The notes beneath the pieces were generated by a model. The model searched no databases and was not told where the DNA came from. It saw nothing but the letters and a program-made list of their open reading frames with translations. From Leptolyngbyaceae cyanobacterium (GTDB lineage Bacteria > Cyanobacteriota > Cyanobacteriia > Phormidesmidales > Phormidesmidaceae): DNA of 18,087 nt. The translations under genes were made by a program, and so were the position numbers. The stretch is from assembly GCA_050331235.1 (NCBI GenBank), contig JBHJHA010000055.1:1-18087 (forward strand). The letters are read 5' to 3'. This document shows, one piece after another, positions 15,101 to 18,087 of the stretch (positions within the stretch are counted from its first letter, which is position 1; every line of letters begins with the position of its first letter).

Positions 15101-17668
15101 GTAGGTGTGCTGCTGTAGCGTCAGCTCACAGGGCAGCCCAGGCGTCTCATAGCAAAAACTTGGCCGTAGCTCACCTCGGGAGTAACTGGCTAGCGTCTGC
15201 AGTCGATCGCCCTCGTAAATCGTGACCATAGCGTGGCATACATCCAAAGCAGTCGCGAGATACGTCACTAACGCGTCAAAGAAATGTTCGCCAATCACCG
15301 CTGCCGTTCCCTCGACCACATTATGCAAAGCCGTCTCAGCTTGTCTGTGGGCCAGTTCGGAACGTTTGCGCTGGCTAATATCGCGCACAATCAGTAGTGC
15401 CTCGTCAACTCCAGAAATGGCAATTCGGGCTTCCTGGTAAAAAACCTGGCCGTCGATTTCAAATTCATATTCATAGGTTTGGGGCTGACCGGTCGTGAAC
15501 GCACCCTCGATCTGTCGCCGGTACTCCTGGGCAATATTGGGAGGCAGAACGTCGAAAATTGACCAACTATCGGGCCGCTCGAAGAGCGATATCGGGTTAT
15601 CGTCTCGGGCGGGTAAGCAGTCGAGGTAGGTACCATCACGCTGCAGCCGGATTATGAGATCGGGAATTGCCTCTAGCAAAGCCCGATTAGTCGCTTCGCT
15701 CTGCCGCAATGCCGTCTCTGCTTGGCGCGCTTCGGTCACGTCAATGCCGGTGCCAATCATGTACTCCACCTGACCTTGGGCGTCCAGCAGGGTGGAATTG
15801 GTCCAGGCAATGAGGCGACGATCGCCAGCTTTGGTTAGCCAGTGGTTTTCCGAAACGTCGGGAAAGTCAGCTTGGGGATGGGTCAGCACTGCCTGAATGT
15901 GCTGGCGCACGCGATCGCCTTCTTCAGGGGGAATCAAAAAGTCCCACACAGGGCGTCCTTGGGCTTCTGCGGCGGTGTAACCGGTAAGTCGCTGACAAGT
16001 TTGGTTAAATTGCACAATACATCCATCCGCATCGGACACGACCACCAACGCCCCCGCCGCGTTAACAATGGCGTTGGCAAAGTTACGCTCCTGCTGCAGC
16101 TTTAACTCAGCTTGCTGCCGTTCTTGAATCTCAATTTGCGCCTGCTCATACAGCTGCCCCTGTTGAATCGCGATCGCCAGCTGAGCACTCAAATGATCGA
16201 TCAAGCTTAAGTCGAGTTGTTGCCAAGGCCTGGGAGCGACACAGTGATGCAGGACTAGCAGCCCCCAGAGTTGCCCCTTAGTTACAATCGGTGAAATCAG
16301 ATAGCCTTTGACCTGTAGCGACTCCAAAAACTCGATGTGACAGTCTTGCAAGTTGGCCTGATAAATATTGTCCACGTGGCGCTGGCAACCGTCTAAGTAA
16401 TCGGCTTCTAACCATCGGGGAAAACACACATCTTCGTAGTAGCTGCCCAGGGTAACTTGGAAATTGGGATTGACTGCTTCGGCAATGACCTGACCCCGTA
16501 GATCAGCTCCAAATCGATAGACTAATACGCGATCGCATCGGAGAAACGCCCTTACCTGCTGTACGGCAGCGGTCAATATCGTTAAAAAATCAAACGATTG
16601 ACTCACCTGACGCGAAAACGTGGCTAAAAATTGCTCTCGCTCTGCTCGTTTCTGCAGTTCAGCGATCCGCTCGGCGGCTTGTTGCTCCAGGGTCAAGTTA
16701 CGCCCCAACAGCAAAGCCAATTTCTCATTTTCGAGCGCTTGAATGCGTTGCTGCAGCAAATCCAGGGTGTCATATAGATCAGCCGTATTAAATAGCTGCA
16801 ACATGCTGGTTTGGGTTACAAGCCCAGCTAGAGCCCCCTGAGCATCAGTGATCACCAGCCGCCGAATGCGCTTGGCCTGCATAAGCTGATGGGCAGCCCA
16901 GAGTGTGTCCCCAGGTTGTAGACATTGCAGCGGCGTACTCATCACGTCTGCAGCTGATACCTTTGCCAGGTCCAGTTCTAGAGACTGGAGCTGGACAATG
17001 TCACGCTCCGTCATAATCCCCAATGGTCGAGTCTGACCTGGCCTAGCAACTGCCACTATCACCACACAACTGACCGGCTGTTCAGCCATTTGCTGAGCCA
17101 CGCGCAAGACCGAAGTCGTGCTCTCAGCCTGAACAACTTCGGTCTCCATCACTTCTTCGATCTGACGCAACCTCAAGAGATCCATCAGCTTGAGGAGCTG
17201 CCGCAGACTATGGGGCGTCACGACCCCCAACAGTTGTCCCTGCTGGTCAACAACGGGCAAATGGCGAATGCGTTGCTGCTGCATAAACTGCAGCGTGCCC
17301 AAGACATCACTGAGCTGATCGACCGTTTTAGTCATGACCGTCTTAGTCATGACCTCAGCCACGGTCAAGTCGCGGGGAGATCGGCCCTGAGCTGCCAGTC
17401 GAACCACATCGCGCTCAGTACAGATGCCAACGACTTGTCCCTCGACAGCAACGATCGCGCAGCTAGCTGATATGGCCTGGGGTTGGGTCGTCGCAGCCTC
17501 TGCTGAGACCAGACAGGTATTAAGTGGAGTCTGGCTCATGGCAGCGATCACCGCCATCAGGGGCGTATCTGGGGCTACCACCAAGGGATTGGGAATGATG
17601 GCTTCAGTGACTGCACTCCCAGCAAGCGAGATATCCAATTTGGGAGATGAACTTACCATAGACAACAT
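12164..17668 (-). CDS. Multi-sensor histidine kinase: 4 CBS - DXCF cyanobacteriochrome GAF - 2 PAS - GAF - 5 PAS - HisKA - HATPase_c
   Basis: CBS repeats (GICTERDVV, IRHLPVVD, GIMTERDIV, IRRLVITD). CBCR GAF (CDRVLVYRF, EDVCF, DCHIEFL, LWGLLVLHHC, PRPW). Seven PAS/PAC units ending in D(I/V)(T/S)-type motifs. H-box SHEFRTPL with intact N box (NLLSNALKYS), G1 (DQGIGI), F (LFQSF) and G2 (GTGLGL). Start is ATG 17668 or 17659. Confidence 0.95.
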   Translation of the reverse strand: MLSMVSSSPKLDISLAGSAVTEAIIPNPLVVAPDTPLMAVIAAMSQTPLNTCLVSAEAATTQPQAISASCAIVAVEGQVVGICTERDVVRLAAQGRSPRDLTVAEVMTKTVMTKTVDQLSDVLGTLQFMQQQRIRHLPVVDQQGQLLGVVTPHSLRQLLKLMDLLRLRQIEEVMETEVVQAESTTSVLRVAQQMAEQPVSCVVIVAVARPGQTRPLGIMTERDIVQLQSLELDLAKVSAADVMSTPLQCLQPGDTLWAAHQLMQAKRIRRLVITDAQGALAGLVTQTSMLQLFNTADLYDTLDLLQQRIQALENEKLALLLGRNLTLEQQAAERIAELQKRAEREQFLATFSRQVSQSFDFLTILTAAVQQVRAFLRCDRVLVYRFGADLRGQVIAEAVNPNFQVTLGSYYEDVCFPRWLEADYLDGCQRHVDNIYQANLQDCHIEFLESLQVKGYLISPIVTKGQLWGLLVLHHCVAPRPWQQLDLSLIDHLSAQLAIAIQQGQLYEQAQIEIQERQQAELKLQQERNFANAIVNAAGALVVVSDADGCIVQFNQTCQRLTGYTAAEAQGRPVWDFLIPPEEGDRVRQHIQAVLTHPQADFPDVSENHWLTKAGDRRLIAWTNSTLLDAQGQVEYMIGTGIDVTEARQAETALRQSEATNRALLEAIPDLIIRLQRDGTYLDCLPARDDNPISLFERPDSWSIFDVLPPNIAQEYRRQIEGAFTTGQPQTYEYEFEIDGQVFYQEARIAISGVDEALLIVRDISQRKRSELAHRQAETALHNVVEGTAAVIGEHFFDALVTYLATALDVCHAMVTIYEGDRLQTLASYSRGELRPSFCYETPGLPCELTLQQHTYACVQGLRTQFPDERLTPFAAESYVGLALLDTAGRPIGTLCVLDTQAIANLSQVEKILKVFAARAAAEIERLQTMAALEQLNEQLELRVAARTQELSDSNVALLESNVALLHSQEQLRRSEDLLRLTFDNAPIGIVTADLAGRFLMVNAAFHKMLGYTSEEVMEQTFLGLTDPDDRAASRHAFDQLLTSKTGAVTLENRYAHKDGTAVDAIAHISVVKDLDGQPLYLVGQIEDIREWKRAEAERTRLLRMLEASLNEIFIFDPETLRFSYVNQGALNNLGYTLPQLQAMTPVDIKPQMTTADFEAMIAPLRQCKTDKVNFEAIHQRADGTQYAADIHLQLIELGDERLFLAVILDITDRKRADEQIHRQLLAMETAIEGMAILRDCRHCYLNQAYAQLFGYETADELLDQPWAKLYSTAENKRFQTEIFPALEAQGHWQGEAIATRKDGSTFYEELSLTLSSMGDLICVRRDINDRKQAEVALQESKAVLQDFFDNASDLIQSVSMADGRFIFVNQAWLETLGYTFSELETLTIFDVLAAENLPHCQQLFAAIQQGKCTSLDRIEIVLRTKAGDLVQLEGNINVRIEQGVPVATRGIFRNVTERKQAEQAMKQQLAAIEAASDGIAILNDQGGYVFVNTAYCQLFDMPASELLGKTWCNLYTAAEVARFEQKILPHLVAQGHWRGEAIAVRQDGSEFPQEVSLTQIAGVGLVCVCQDISDRKAAEVEIRRALAAERELNELKSRFVSTTSHEFRTPLGVIASSAGILQDYGDRIGSAKQQKHFMRIQDSVNHMTQLLEDMLILSRAEAGKMQLKYVSTRILDFCQDIVEELNLSTGSDRINIRVDAVPAYPVMVDQRLLRQILTNLLSNALKYSRPESEVYLLLTTHPQSFDILIQDQGIGIPEDDLKHLFQSFHRAQNVGNIPGTGLGLSIVKKLVELHQGKIICQSEVNFGTTFTLRFPLNLPPALYVPEDSAPKRI

Positions 17669-17888
17669 TATTAGTGGCGATCGCGGAAAAGTAGGATGCC
17701 GTCAACCCCCTCCCCCAGCTAACGGGTTGAGTGTCCCAACGACTGAGTTACAGACCGGATCGAGGGAAAAGTATTTTCAATAGCCCAACCATTGCACTTA
17801 GCACTCTGAGACGGCTTTAAATCGGCCAGACTCATCGTGCCAATATGCTTTGACTGCCAGCGTGGATTGTAAAGAGTGACAAGAATTC

Positions 17889-17894
17889 ATTATA
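17889..17894 (-). promoter_or_regulatory. Possible -10 element (TATAAT) upstream of the large kinase
   Basis: ATTATA on the plus strand, about 220 bp upstream of ATG 17668. Hexamer match only. Confidence 0.25.
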
Positions 17895-18087
17895 TTCTCA
17901 ACCCTGGGGCTGCCATAAGCAGGCAAGACTCATCATCTAAATTTGTGGGTAGTGATATTTAGTAAAGGACAGAGGAAATAGCAGGATGGGCAGACTTAAT
18001 GAGCCGCTCCCTGATCAAGCGATTGTATTCGTGAATGAACATCCAAATCGCACCCATATGATTCTCTAGTTTCTTGGAGAACGACAG

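Larger units (their letters stand above)
96..17684. repeat. HIP1 octamer (GCGATCGC), dispersed
   Basis: Copies read at 96, 297, 636, 1527, 2925, 5163, 5202, 6485, 6880, 7508, 8106, 9874, 12587, 12785, 12941, 13038, 13773, 14958, 15911, 16170, 16529 and 17677. Fewer than one is expected by chance in 18 kb. Hallmark of cyanobacterial genomes. Confidence 0.95.

Noticed and set aside
12800..17783. Numerous 60-126 aa ORFs overlapping the large kinase, and similar ones within other genes (1512, 2719, 6414, 7704, 8452, 8707, 8786, 9852, 11058, 11164)
   Set aside because: Antisense or alternate-frame shadows of well-supported CDSs, or featureless intergenic ORFs, with no independent motifs.
17986..18069. 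Short plus-strand ORF MGRLNEPLPDQ...
   Set aside because: Only 27 codons with no recognisable similarity.

Overview
Cyanobacterial chromosomal window: at least 20 HIP1 octamers (GCGATCGC), a kaiA gene and a cyanobacteriochrome GAF domain. From left to right: (1) the 5' part of a Na+/alanine-glycine symporter (AgcS/AlsT family, minus strand, runs off the left edge); (2) a hybrid histidine-kinase-like protein whose ATP-binding domain has decayed, divergent from (3) a full-length kaiA. kaiA is NOT followed by kaiB/kaiC but by a long perfect hairpin and (4-5) two tandem paralogous polytopic membrane proteins with GT-C/ALG10-like glycosyltransferase motifs. Converging on these is a four-gene minus-strand signalling cluster: a 1834-aa CBS-CBCR(DXCF)-PAS-GAF-PAS histidine kinase, a receiver plus His-less pseudo-DHp protein, a receiver-degenerate GGDEF-intact EAL phosphodiesterase, and a GAF pseudokinase whose H-box closely matches that of the large kinase. 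The best candidates for undescribed biology are the kaiA uncoupled from kaiBC with its pseudokinase neighbour, the putative light-to-c-di-GMP phosphorelay rich in pseudo-enzymes, and the bacterial ALG10-like pair. No rRNA, tRNA, transposase or CRISPR array was seen. All family assignments come from reading motifs by eye, not from database searches.
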